Origin: the human T2T-CHM13v2.0 reference genome, Homo sapiens
Direction: 5' to 3' (one strand)
Assembly: GCF_009914755.1 (NCBI RefSeq)
Contig: NC_060926.1
DNA: 64,000 nt
Under the pieces are notes generated by a model. That model was not told the DNA's origin. It saw only the letters and a list, made by a program, of their open reading frames with translations, and did no database searches. The first letter of the stretch is position 1, and every line of letters begins with the position of its first letter. A program made the translations under genes and the position numbers. Shown one piece after another: positions 13,574 through 26,674 of the stretch.

Positions 13574-13812
13574 GGCTCAAACCCTGCTCTCTACTGTCTA
13601 GCCTTGGGAAAGTGACTGAAACTCTCTGAGCCTCAATTTCCTCATCAAGAAAATGATGATATTAACAGTATCTCAGATAATTGTGACAATAAAATCAGAA
13701 AATATACAAAACACTTCATATGCCTAGCATATGAAAAGCCTAATTAATATTAGTAAAAGCTTAATTAATATAAGGTTAATTAATATAAGTAAAAGCTTAA
13801 TTAATATTAGTT
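13574..13812 (+). mobile_element. MIR SINE (3' part)
   Basis: 'ccttgggaaagtgactgaaactctctgagcctcaatttcctcatc' is the MIR core. Confidence 0.75.
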
Positions 13813-13894
13813 GTGATTGCCCTTCTATGGAACCAATACTTTTAAAAATAGATTAAAAAGTCTTGTGTTCAAAAAGTCTGACAAAAGCTGGATT

Positions 13895-14022
13895 AACTTT
13901 TTAAATTTAATTGAGGTATAATTGATATATAAAACCTAAACATATTTAATTTATACAGTTTAGTGAGTTTGGACATATGATACACTGATAACACCACCAC
14001 CACAATCAAGATAATAGACATT
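13895..14022 (-). mobile_element. L1MA/MB 3' fragment
   Basis: 'aattgaggtataattgatatataaaa...accaccaccacaatcaagataatagacatt'. Confidence 0.7.
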
Positions 14023-14214
14023 GTATTAATCTGTTTATTACAAGTTTTCTCAGAGCACTTAGTACATGCATATACTTGTTGAATTTCCAAGAGGATATAT
14101 ACTCTGCAGTGTTTTCTAAAAGTTTTGACTAGGAAACCTCATTTTGCAAATATCGTTTTGTACCTCTAAGAACATGCTTTGGGAAATGATGGACTAAATT
14201 TTGAAGACTCACAT

Positions 14215-14590
14215 TGTTATGGACTGGATATTTGCGACCTACCAAAATTCATATGTTGTAGCCCTAATTCCCAGTGTGTTGGTACTGAGAGGCAGGGCCC
14301 TTGGGAGACAATTAGGTTTAGATGAGATCATGAGAGTAGAGCCTCCCTGATGGCATTAATGCCCTTGTAAGAAGAGGAAGAGACCATAGCCCTCTCTATT
14401 CCTCTCTCTACCATGTGAAGATATAGCAAGAAGACTGTATCCTATCTGCAAACAGGAAGGAGGGCTTTCAAAAGACACCAAATCTGCTGGTACCTTAATC
14501 TTGGACTTTCCAGCCTCCAGAAGTGAGAAATACATTTTTGTTGTTTAAGCTCCCAGTGTTTTGTAATCATAGTCTGAGCTGACTAAGGCA
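14215..14590 (+). mobile_element. MaLR solo LTR (MLT1A0-like)
   Basis: TG...CA ends; 'aaaattcatatgttgtagccctaa...ccttaatcttggactttccagcctccaga...gctgactaaggca'. Confidence 0.85.
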
Positions 14591-15348
14591 CATAAAATGC
14601 AAACATCCTCTGAGAAGGGTAATATGTTAAGCGATTTATTATTAATGTTGTTGGTATAGGAATATAAAAACTTTAATAACTTATAAGTAATATTTATATT
14701 CTATTTTGATGAAAAAGCTTTGCTGGAATTTAGAGTCAAAGGGCTGGTGGAAATGATTATCAGAATATCAATCACGGCTAAAGTAGGTGAAAAAAATTCT
14801 GCCTGTCAAAACATCATGAATTAGAGTAGTCTGGAGATCTCTATATTGTTCACAAATACTGTGGAAGGAAGATTTTATCCCCAAGATTATCTACGACTCA
14901 AGGATACAGATGAAGTCAAGAGGCTTTGAAAAGTTATATCTTACTGTGTACAAAATGTTCTTTTCCAAAGTATGTTGATGATATAAAATAGGTTACACAG
15001 GTTTGGATGCAGCTGAAGAAAGAGATTATTGGCTTTCTATTGGCAAAAGTCATTATTCTAGAATCACAGAGTGGATGCTAGCCACAAAATAAACATTCTT
15101 TGCCATTTGCAGACTTTCTTCCTCATTCCTCCCCAGGAAATGTTTTAGATAATTGGCTATCACTAGGCTTAAGAGATCAGGGACCAATAAGTTGCACATG
15201 AAAACAAACCTCACTAGCAATAAAATGCACATGGTCCTAGTGATGGCTAATTTTATGTGTCAACTTGACTAGGCCACAAGGTGCTGAAATAGTTGGTCAT
15301 TGTTCTGAGTGTGTCAGTGAGGCTGTTTCTGCATGAGATCAATATTTG

Positions 15349-15653
15349 TTTTTTGTTGTTGTTGTTGTTTTTTGTTTGTTAAACAAACAACTGTGTGCCC
15401 CAGACTGGAGTGCAGTGGCATGATCTCAGCTCACTGCAACTTCTGCCTCCCAGACTCAACTGATTCGCATGCCTCAGCCTCCTGAGTAGCGGGAACTACA
15501 GGTACGTGCCACCATGCCTGGTTAATTTTTGTATTTTTAGTAGAGATAGGTTTTCATCATGTTGGCCAGGCTGGTCTGGAACTCCTGACCTCAAGTGATC
15601 CTGCCCCCCTCGCAAAGCACTGGGATTACAGGTGTGAGCCACCGCACCTGGCC
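15349..15653 (-). mobile_element. AluS
   Basis: Antisense Alu dimer with a (GTT)n tail; TSD atcaatatttg / atcaacatttg. Confidence 0.9.
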
Positions 15654-16055
15654 AATATCAACATTTGAATTAGTTGACTGAGTTAAACAGATTGCCCTCC
15701 CTAATGTGAGTGGGCTTCATCCAATCAATTAAAGTACTGAACAAAATTAAAAGGCTGAGTAAAAGAGAACTCTTTGTCCCTGACTACTTAAACAGAGACA
15801 TTTGTCTTCTGCTCTCAAATTCAAAAGGAAACCTTAACTCTTATTGGGTCTCGAGCCTGCCAGCTTTTTGGACTGGAGTTTACTCCATTGTCTCTCCCCG
15901 TTTCCAGGTCTTTGGACTTAAACTGGAACTATACAGCAGCAGTCCTGAGTCTCTAGCTTGTTGACTATAGATTCTGGGACTTCTCAGCCTCTGTAATTAC
16001 ATGAGCCAATCCCTTATAATAAAGCTCTTTCTCCTTTTCTTTTTCTCTCTTTTTT

Positions 16056-16090
16056 CACACACACACACGCACACACACACACACACACAC
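16056..16090. repeat. (CA)n microsatellite
   Basis: Directly visible, with one interruption. Confidence 0.95.
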
Positions 16091-17902
16091 AGTCATGTGC
16101 TGCATAGTGAAGTTTCAGTCAGTGTTAGACTGCAAATACCATGGTGATCTCATAAGATTATAATGCACATGAAAAATTCCTATCACCTAGTAATGTACCC
16201 ATCATAATACAGTAGTGCAATGCATTACTCATGTGTTTGTAGTGATGCTGATGCAAACAAATCTGCCCTGCCAGTCATTTGAAAGTATAGCACATTCAAT
16301 TTTGCACTGAAGCAGCTACATTGTCTAGGGTATATATTCTGGGGTTCATCATCATGCACCAGGAAACTTTAGGACATGGACATACACAAAGTTTAGGAAC
16401 AGAGGTTTAATAGGTAGAAGAGAAGAGAAAGAGAAACAGCTCTCTTTATAAAGAAAGGGGTCTCCAAGGAGAAAGGACCTGTGGCAGATGCACCAGATTT
16501 TATAGTCAGGTTTGAGGAGGCGATGTCTAATTTACATAGGGCTCACAGATTGGTTCAATCAGGTATGACGTTTACATAGTGCACAGTGAAGGCTGGCCAC
16601 CCCACCCAAATCTCATTATGCAAATGAACTTTCCAGCTGATCCCTGCCATCTTGTCTGCTCCTTACTATACATGTGGCTGGCAGAGAAGGGAAGGTGGAG
16701 CTGCCATTTGGAACATGTCTCTCCCTGGTTCCTGCCAGCATTCACCCCTGCAAGCTCCCAGCTTGCTTGTCTATGTCTTTAGCTCGACTTTACAGGCTGC
16801 TTTTTGTTAGAAAATGACTTGGAGCTGCTTTTCATTAAAAAAAAAAAAAGCCTTACCAAAGACTCCCATACCCTTACTATCTGCCTGAGTAATTTCCTCT
16901 TAACTCCTGTATCAGTAATACTCCTGTACCTGTAATAATTGATAACAATAATAAACAACTATGTTACTGGTTTATGTATTTACTAGAGTATACTTTAATC
17001 ATTATTTGAGAGTATAATCCTTCTACTTACAAAAAAATGTTGACTGGGAAATAGACTCAGGTTGGTCTTTCAGGAGGTATTCAAGAAGGCATTAGTATCA
17101 TAAGAAATGACAGCTCCATGCATGTTATTAACCCTGAAGAGCTTCTAGTGGAACAAGAAAAGAAGGTGGAAGACAGTAATATTGATGATCCTGACTATGT
17201 GTAGCTGTAGGCCAATATGTGTGTTTGTGTCTTTGTTTTTTCAAAGTTTTAGGATTAAAAAGCTTTAAAAGTTAAAAAAATTTTGAAATCAAAAATAGAA
17301 AAAAGCTTATACAATAAGCATATAAAGAAAGAAAAATTTTGTACAGTGCATAATGTTATTTTCAGTTTTGTCATCATAAAAGAGTCAAAAAGTTTTAAAA
17401 AATTAAAAAGCTTATGAAGTAAAAAACTTACAGTAAGCTAAGGTTAATTTATTATTGAAGAAAGAAAAACATTTAAAAATAAATTTAGTGTAACCTAAGT
17501 GTACAGTATTTATAAAGTCTGCAATCATGTACAATAATGTCCTTGGCCCTCACATTCCCTCACCACTCACTCATTGACTCATTCAGAGCAACTTCTATTC
17601 ATAGTAAGTGCCTTATCCAGGTGTATTATTTTGTACCTTCCATACTGTATTTTCAGTGTACCTTTTCTATGTTTAGATATATTTAGATACACAAATACCA
17701 TTGTGTTACAGTTGTTTACAGTATCCCATACAGTAACATGCTGTATAGATCTGTAGCCTAGGAGGAATAGGCTATATCAGATAGCCAAGGTGTATAGTAG
17801 GTTATAGCACATAGATATGTATATGTAAACTCTTTGAGGTTCACACAACAAAAAAATTTCCTAATGATGCATTTCTCAGAACATTATCATTAAGTGATGC
17901 AT
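16090..17902 (+). mobile_element. Tigger3 (MER7/Golem-type) TcMar DNA transposon, non-autonomous, split by LTR9
   Basis: Begins 'cagtcatgtgctgcatagtgaagtttcagtc...cataagattataatg' and ends 'cctaatgatgcatttctcagaac...ttaagtgatgcat'. Confidence 0.85.
16308..16914 (-). mobile_element. ERV1 solo LTR (LTR9-like)
   Basis: The minus strand begins 'tgatacaggagttaagaggaaattactcaggcagatagtaagggtatgggagtc' and ends '...gcttca'. Confidence 0.75.
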
Positions 17903-18064
17903 CTATCTAGACAGATATCTAGATATAAATTGATTTGTCTATATCTATATATATTTACATCTACATCTATATCTATATCTAGAGAGAGAGAAGTACATGT
18001 ATGTATGTACATATTTTCTATTGGTTATGTGGTTCTGTTTCTTTGGAGAACCCTAACTAATACA

Positions 18065-18430
18065 GATTTTGGTACTTAGAGTGGTTCAAGAGGAATAGTG
18101 TTTTAAGGATGAGGTTTCTGAACTGGTTCTGAGTTTTCTGGAATTGGCTCTTTAATCTGATTATATTTAAAGATGCTAATGACCCTATTTCCAGTAGCAA
18201 AGAGAGCACTCATAGTCCATGGTGTGACCTGGCAGTAGAGATACATAAAATATCTACATTGAATGCAACCACTTATAAGAAGCAAGGATCTGGATGACTA
18301 CGTATATGATACTTTTGAATATTTTTGGCAAACTAACAAATATAGTGAAGTTGGCTGTTTGTTCCCAACATCACTGGGCAAAGTGGGAAAAGAAAAACAT
18401 CTCAGATCCCAGCTCAAGTACTGCATGAAT
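18065..18430 (+). mobile_element. ERVL internal leader and gag remnant (disrupted)
   Basis: Directly follows the MLT2 LTR with 'gattttggtac'. Translations resemble the ERVL gag N-terminus (FKDANDPISSSKEST..PW; DLDDYVYDTFEYFWQTNKYSEVG..TSLGKVGKEK). Confidence 0.75.
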
Positions 18431-18805
18431 TCAGTCAAAAGGCATTTCAATCTGTCATCCACATTTCCTGCTTTTTCTATTTTATTTTACTCAAGAGCAC
18501 CATGTCTTATCTATATTCTCTGAAGGCCTTTCTTGATTGTTATAGTGTAGTCTTCCCACAGTGCAAGGCCAAACTCTTTTTCCTTAATTAACAAATATAT
18601 CAATTTTGAGTCAGTTCAATTTCTATTAATATTACTCAGCTTCCATTTATTAATTTACAAAATGGAGAAACATACCACTTTTCAGGTCCTGGTAAAAATA
18701 AAATGAGAGACATAGAGTAAACATTGTAGACTGGCCTAATGTAAGAACTTTTGTAATCATTCAAAATGTTAAAATACTGAATAAAATATAAAAAACAACA
18801 ATAAG

Positions 18806-19120
18806 GGCTGGGCACAGTGGCTCATGCCTGTAATCCCAGCATGCTGGGAGGCCGAGGCAGGTGGATCACTTAAGGTCAGGAATTTGAGACCAGCCTGGTT
18901 GACATTGTGAAACCCCATTTCTACTAAAAATATAAAAATTAGCCAGGCCTCATGGCGGGCACCTATATTCTCAGCTACTCAGGAGGCTGAGGCAGGAGAA
19001 TCACTTGAACCTGGGAGGTAGAGTTTCCAGTGAGCCAAGCTCATGTCACTGCACTCTGCACTCCAGCCTGGGTGACAGAATGAGAGTTCGTCTCAAAAAC
19101 AAAAACACAAACAACAAAAA
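18806..19120 (+). mobile_element. AluS
   Basis: Full Alu dimer with an A/C-rich tail. Confidence 0.9.
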
Positions 19121-19699
19121 CAGTGAAAGTTAAACACATACAGCTAAATTAGAAAACTATAAACTCCTATGGAAACAAACAAAAACTTCAAGTGGTGACA
19201 GTAAAACAGAGGTTCAATCTGAAAGGCTCATGATTATATTGAAACCAAGAGAGATACTTTAACATCTAGAGTATGAACTTCTCACGCTGTTGAGAAACAC
19301 CACATAAGGCCTCCAGGTCATGTCAAAAAGGTTGCTGCATTCAAAATAACAGCACCAAGACAAAAGGACAAGGAACTGGCTCCCTGTGAAGCAAGAACCA
19401 GAAAAATGAGTTCACTCACTTCCCTGGGAAGAGGCAAAGAAGTTTATTAAGTTTACAAAGCAGCTAATAGAAGGCTGTGAAGGAAGATGAGATGAGCCCA
19501 TCATGCTTGTGCCTCACAGGACACCAGAAGCCACATTTATTTCATCCAACTGGATACTGAGAAATTAACAGAAGAACTGGTCCATATCTGGTGAAAAGTA
19601 GAAGGTCCCATCAGAATAAAAATAGGAACTACCCTATAACTGAACTCTTGCTTTGATTAAGGCAAGTGTTATTCCCATGGAAAACAAATCCATAGAAAA

Positions 19700-20260
19700 T
19701 GACCTTAAAATAAATGACCTATAGGAGGAAATGACTCAGAGTGATTGGAGTATTAACTAAATCAGAAATCCTCAAAGTTACACCCTAAGAAGGAGAGATA
19801 ACAAAACAATCAGAAAGAGACTTTTAAATGCATATATTGAAAATCTTCATGATATAAAGAAAGGGAAAAACAAGCATGAAAAGGAAGAATTTAAAAATAA
19901 ACCAAATATAATTATTTAAATATGTATATATACATGCACATACACATATGTAATACATATGAATGTATACACATATGCTTTGAAATAAAAAAGCAACTCT
20001 GGTTCAGACAGTAGACTAGATAAAGTTGAAGACAAATAAATGAAAAAGAGGGTAGATCTCAGGAGTGGCACATATTAGCGCACACATTGATGGAAAATAA
20101 GAGGCAGAAGTCAAGTGATATGAAGGTAGACTAAAAGCTTCAATATGCAAGTGAAAATATAAATAGAATGAGAGGGAATTTCTGAAGAAATAATTATTGT
20201 GAATTTTTCCGAATAGATGTGATACCTAGTAAGAAGAGTCTCTGAAAAGAAAAGACCAGA
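19700..20260 (+). mobile_element. Ancient L1 ORF1-region remnant
   Basis: A-rich; 'acagtagactagataaagttgaagac...gaagaaataattattgtgaatttttcc' resembles decayed L1M ORF1. Confidence 0.45.
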
Positions 20261-20399
20261 CATTGAATGCTTTGATAAGGAAATGGTTAGGATTTTTTTG
20301 GAGTGCAATAACATTTGCTAAAATAGAAGAGATAAATTTAGGCAATGTAAGATTCAAGTGAGTCTAAGCAGGTGCTTGAATTTAATTCATCAAGTAAAT

Positions 20400-20970
20400 A
20401 CAATTAATGAGAAATTATTCAGCAGGAAACTAAGATTATCAGACTTACGACTTTGAAAAGGTAATGTTATAATATTTCAGAGTGGGATGTTGGTGGAGAG
20501 AGTAGGATGTTGTGGGTACCAGAAAGTAGAAGTGATCTAGAAATATTATGTTGAAAATCTTAAGTGTACATTGGCAGCAGGAATTAAATGAATTGGGGAG
20601 AATTGAGGCCAGTCACACAGGTATTAATTAGCAATATTCTAAAAAGAATAACAAGACTCTAGCAACTATGTAAATGGGATTGTTAAAAATAACTTAGAGA
20701 TTCAGATGTCAGTCATTTGGAAATGACAGTTACAAAAAAAGAAACATTTAAGTCAGGAGTGGAAACAGGGTTATATTCTAATTTTGTTATTTTCAATGGG
20801 AGATAGGGTTTAAGGGGAGGAGGGAAGGAGAGAGGAGGAGAAACAATTATTTCAATGTTGAGTATATTGTATTTGAGTATATATCAGGTAGTTAATGTTC
20901 AATTGTCAATAATAACAGGGAGTTTGGAGGCACAAGAACAAATTTAGGCCAGGTGAAAGAAGTATGAATT
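20400..20970 (-). mobile_element. L2 LINE fragment
   Basis: Purine-rich antisense L2 pattern, e.g. 'caatgttgagtatattgtatttgag...gggagtttggaggcacaagaacaaatttaggcc'. Confidence 0.5.
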
Positions 20971-21341
20971 ATTGTCAAGAAGTACTATATGTAATAATTG
21001 CAATCATAAAATACAGCCAAGAACAGATATTGGGGGAAATCTATTGATAACTTTTATGTACTCCCACAACATGAAACATTCTATCTTGGACATAAACTGT
21101 TCTCAGAAAATGATGTTATTTTTGTTGACACATAATTTGTGTACATATTTGTTGGGTATATGTGATATTTTGTTGCATACATAGAATGTATCATGATCAA
21201 GTCAGGGTATTTAGGATATCTACCACCTCAAGCATTTATCATTTCTATTTGTTGGGAGTATTTCATGTCCTCTCTCCTAGCTATTTTGAAGTATACAATA
21301 CATTGTTAACTATAGTTACTCTACTCTGCAATCAAACATTA

Positions 21342-21758
<417 letters not shown>

Positions 21759-22658
21759 TCATAACTATCATTGTACCCTCTACCTCCATGAGATCAACTT
21801 TTTTAGCACCTACATATGACTGAACAGGTGGAATATTTGTCTTTCTGTGCCTGGCATATTTCAATTAACATAATGGCCTCCAGTTCCAACTATGTGGCTG
21901 GAAATGACATAATTTTATTCTTTTTTTATAAACAAAGATTATTCCATTGTGTATAAATATGACATTTTCTTTATCCATTTATTCACTGATGGACACTTGG
22001 ATTGATTTCATACCCTTGCTATTGTGAATAGTACTGCAATAAACATAGGGTGCAAGTATCTTTCCGACATACTGGTCTTCTTTCCATTAGATCAATAGTC
22101 AGGAGTGGGATTGCTGGATCATAATAAGGTACTTCTATTTTTAATTTTTTGAGAAAACCTCCATACTGTTTTCCATAATGGCTATACTAATTTATATTAC
22201 CACTAAAAATCTTTAAGAGTTCGCTTTTCCCTACATCCTTGCTGGCATCTGTCTTTTTTTTTTTTGTCTTTTTGATAATAGCCATTCTACTTGAAACAAT
22301 ATGATATCTCATTATGATTTTGATCTTCATTTCCATGATGATTGGTGATGTTGAACATTTTTTCATATACCTCTTGGACATTTGCATTTCTTCTTTTGAA
22401 AAATGTCTATTCAGGTCATTTGCCCACTTTTTAATAGGATTACAAATTTCCCTGTACATTCTGAATATTTGTCCTTTATCACATGAATAGTTTGCAAATT
22501 TTTTTTTCATTTTCAACAGGTCGTCTTCACTCTATCGCTTTCTTTCTTTTTTTTTTTTTTGTAACTCTGAAGGAGCTTTTTAGTTTAATATAGTTCCATT
22601 TCTATATTTTTGGTTTAGTTGTCCGTGCTTTTAAGTTCTTAACCATAAAATATTTGCA

Positions 22659-23269
22659 TGAGTTGTCCAGGTTCTTGGCATTTTGAACAAGGAATTGAAC
22701 AAAATGCACAAAGTAACAAAGGAATGAAACACAAGAATAGCAAAAGCAGAGATTTATTAAGGCAAGAAAGTACTCCACAGGGTGGTAGTGGGCCCGAGCA
22801 AGTGACTCAAGGCCCAGTTACAAAGCTTTCTGGGTTTTAAGCACTCTTTTTGAGGTCCCTATAGGTTACCACTTATCTGGGTGAAGGATTTGGTCTGTTG
22901 CTAATTAATGACTGAGGTGAATTGGTGCCCCATGTGTGCTTGGCTGTGTCTAATCCAGGGCACTTTCCCTTTCCATCTGAGATGTGGTGGAAGGGGAAGG
23001 ATTGTAGGGGGAGTAGCCTTTGATCCCTTGTTACTCGGTGTGGGAAGATGGGGTTTTTCCTTTTGGTTTAGCTTTAGGAAGTTTGTGTTAATTGGCCTTA
23101 GGTTCCCTGCCCCCAGACAAACGTGGTTTCCTTTAACTTTAGGGAATTATCATGAATTGGCCTTCAATCCTGTCCCCCAGACTTTTGTGATTTCCCTTGA
23201 TTCAGTTTTAGGAAGTTAGCACAAATTGGCCTTAGATTCCTTGCCTCCAGATCCTATTCTCTTGCCTCA
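22659..23269 (-). mobile_element. ERV1 solo LTR (MER51-like)
   Basis: The minus strand starts 'tgaggcaagagaataggatctggaggcaaggaatctaaggcc'; the far end is 'gttgtccaggttcttggcattttgaacaag'. Confidence 0.8.
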
Positions 23270-25859
23270 ATAGGGGTCTAATTTCATAGTTCTACATATG
23301 GATGTTCATTTTTCTCAGCACCTCTTATTGAAGGAGTCTTTCCTCAATGTATGTTCTTGGCACCTTTGTCAAAAACCAGTTGGCCATAAATATATGAATT
23401 TATTTATCAGTTCTTTGTTCTGTTCTGTGTGTCTGTTTTCATGCAAATACCATGCTGTTTTGATTACTACAGCCTGGTAATATATTTTAAAGTCAGACAG
23501 TGTGATGCCTCCAGCTTTGTCCTTTTTGTTCAGGATTGCTTTGGATATCTGGGTTCTTTTTTGTTTGCATACAAACGTTAGAATTTTTTTAATGCTTTTT
23601 CTGTTTCTTCTTTCTCTTTTTTTTCTATTTCTGTGAAAAAAAATGTCATTGGTATATTGACAGGGTCTTTTGTCATTGGTATTTTGTCATTGGTGTTTTA
23701 CAGATTCAATTTACATTTGCAAATTGCTTTGAGTTGTATGGTTAACCTAGACACTAGGTTAATGGTTCTTAAGTTTTTGTGAATCTGAGATTGCTTTAAG
23801 AACTTGTAAAAAATGTAAATGCTGATTTTGATAAAAATTACACACTCTCACACAGAAGCATACAAAACATTTAAAAGGTTACATACAATTTCCAAGGGGT
23901 CACAGACTTCCTGAAACCTGAACAGCTTCAAAAAGCCTGATCAAAGACTCATTATTACAGAGCAGAAAATCATCCTTAGGTTTGTTCCTATTGAATTAGT
24001 CAGATGAATATATGAATAAAGCACCAGACAAATATAAACCCAGTGCTTACAAATGAATCATGAGCCTATCTAGTATACCCAAATGACTGAATAAACTAAC
24101 TGTAGCTTTCAGATTCAAATGAATGTCTCATGTTTCACATTAAAGATGAACAGGAAAATTCCAACTCTTACATTTTTTCAATCTCATTAAAATAATTATA
24201 AAAAAACTATAAAAAAGAGAAATAGAGGCAGTGTCTCTGAATTAAGCAAAACTTGCAAAAGGATACACACAATATGACATCAGAACAATAATTTAATAGT
24301 ATATATTTTTGTATAATATTGCATCATATACATCATGCAGAATGAGGGAATATATATAAAGGAGACAGTCTTTAGCTCTATCTTTAATGTGTGACTTTGT
24401 GTGTGTGCGTGTTCATGTGTGTGTGTGCTTAAAATGTATAAATATTTTCCAAAGTAATCTACACACTTACTAATTGTATGTTTAAAGATTTATCAAATGT
24501 AAATTAAAGTAACTGTGTTCAGTGATTAGTGGTTTGTATCTTAATAGATAACCCTCTGCAACCAAATCCAACTGAACTTCAAATATACCCATGCAATGGA
24601 TATAATCATGTCCAGCATCACAAATATATCAATCTAAACTCTTTTTCCTAAAATTAGTTATAAGATCCACTTCATATTTGAATGTCACAACATGCTATTG
24701 TATCTTATTCTTTTTTTCACTGAATAATATTCCATGTTATGGTTGGTCACACCACTTTTATTTATGTATTCATCAGTTGATAAATATTTAGTCTTTTTTC
24801 TCCTTTTTGATTATTATGAATAATTCCGCTATGAACAAGTTTGTGTGTGGACAGATTTCTTCATTTCTCCTACATTTGTACCTAGGAGTGGAATTGGTGG
24901 ATCATATAGTAACTCTGTATTTGATCATCTGAGGAGCTGTTAGATTGATTCCTAAAGTGGCTGCACTGTTTTGCATTCTCACCAGCAATGCATGAGGGAC
25001 CCAATTCCTCCATATTCTTGTCATCCAAATAACTGTAAAGTGATATCATATTGTGGTTTAAATTTGTATCTTCCTAGTGGCTAAAGATATTGAGTATCTT
25101 CTGATGTCTTTATTATCCATTTGCATACCTTTTGAGAAAAAAAGTGCTATTTAAATTATTCTTTTGAAATTATTTGTCTTTTTTTGTTAAGTTGCAACAA
25201 TTCTTCATATATTCTGGACATGTTTCACTAATGTTTTCTTTTATTCTATGGGTATGATCAACTTTGAGTTACTTTATGTGTATGATATGCTTGTGGGGAT
25301 CCACAGGCATTCTTTTGCGTGAGGATACCCAGTTGCCCCCATGAATTTTCTTCAGCACACTTACTGAAAATCGTTTGACCAAATCTTTAAAAGTTTATTC
25401 TGGACTCTCAATTCTATTCTAGTAATCTACATAACTATCCTTATGCCAATACCAGCGTGCCTTGACTATGCCAGCTTTTAATAGGTTTTGAAATTGAAAG
25501 TGTGAGTCTTTTAACTTTGTTCTTCTTCAAGATGGTTTTAATTATTCTGGAACACTTACAGTACTGTATGAATTTTAGAATCAGCCTGTCAATCACTAGA
25601 AAAAAAACTAGCTAAAATTTTTGGTAGGAATTGTGTTGCATCTGAAGATCAGTTTTGTCATTATTGCCATTTTAACAATGTTAAGTCTTCCAATCCATAA
25701 TCCAAAAAAGGTATTTTTATTTATGTCAATTTCTTTAATTTCTTTCAAACGTGTTTTCAGTTATAATATATGCACTTAATTTGTTAAATTTCATTTTAAA
25801 AATTTTGTTTTATTTGTTGTTAGAAGTAGAATGTTTTTCGCAATTTCATTTTTGTTTGT

Positions 25860-26130
25860 TTTAAACAACTGTATTGAAATATAATTCACTTATCATATAG
25901 TACATCCACTTAAAGTATGTAACCCAATCATTCTTAGTATGTTCACAGAGTTGTGCAACTATCACCAGAATACATTTTAGAACATTTTCATCACACAAAA
26001 AAAGAAAATCCATTATCATTAGTAGTAAATCACCAATTCTCTCCCCACCTCCACCTATCCTTTTTCCCACCTCTGGGCCCAGATAATCACTTATCTAATT
26101 TGTCTCTACATTCATCTGTTCTGGACACAT
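25860..26130 (-). mobile_element. Separate L1MB 3' end nested in the older L1
   Basis: 'tattgaaatataattcac...ttagtatgttcacagagttgtgcaactatcacca...ttttagaacattttcatcac'. Confidence 0.7.
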
Positions 26131-26674
26131 TTTAAAAATGTTTCTCCTATTTAACTGTAATTACATGTTTTGGATTATTAACTGCTAATATGTAGAAATA
26201 CAATAGACTTTTGTATATGGATTTTGTTTCCTGCCTTATTGCTACACTTTTATTAGTTAAAATAAGGGTTTTTTTTAAAGGTGATTTTCTTATGATTTTC
26301 AGTATAAAAGATATGTCGTCTCAAATAAAGGTAGTTTTACTTTGTCTTATCCCTCTGGATGCTTTTGCTTCCCTTTCCTTGCCCAGTTTCCCTGGCTAGA
26401 TTCTCTAGTGTAATGTTAAATAAAAGTTGTAAGAACAGACATCCTTGTCTTATTCGTAATTTTAGGGAAAAGCATTCAATTAAGTATGATGTCAGAAGCA
26501 GATTTTTCTTACAGGTATCTTTTATAGGTTGAGTAAGTTCCTTTCTATTTCTAATATGTTATAGGTGTTTATTATAAAATAACCTGAGGTTTTATTTTTA
26601 AATGATTTTCTGTATATATGGAGATAATCATGTGGTTTTTATCCTTTATTCCACCATTAGGTATACCAATTTCC

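Larger units (their letters stand above)
15239..18064 (+). mobile_element. ERVL LTR (MLT2B/D-like), split by Alu, Tigger3 and LTR9
   Basis: 5' 'gtgatggctaattttatgtgtcaacttgactaggcc', middle 'gattgccctccctaatgtgagtgggcttcatccaatca', 3' 'ttctgtttctttggagaaccctaactaataca'. Confidence 0.85.

Noticed and set aside
23075-23255. Three ~55-60 bp internal repeats ('ttaggaag...aattggcctt...ccagac')
   Set aside because: They lie inside the MER51-like LTR and are probably a feature of that family.
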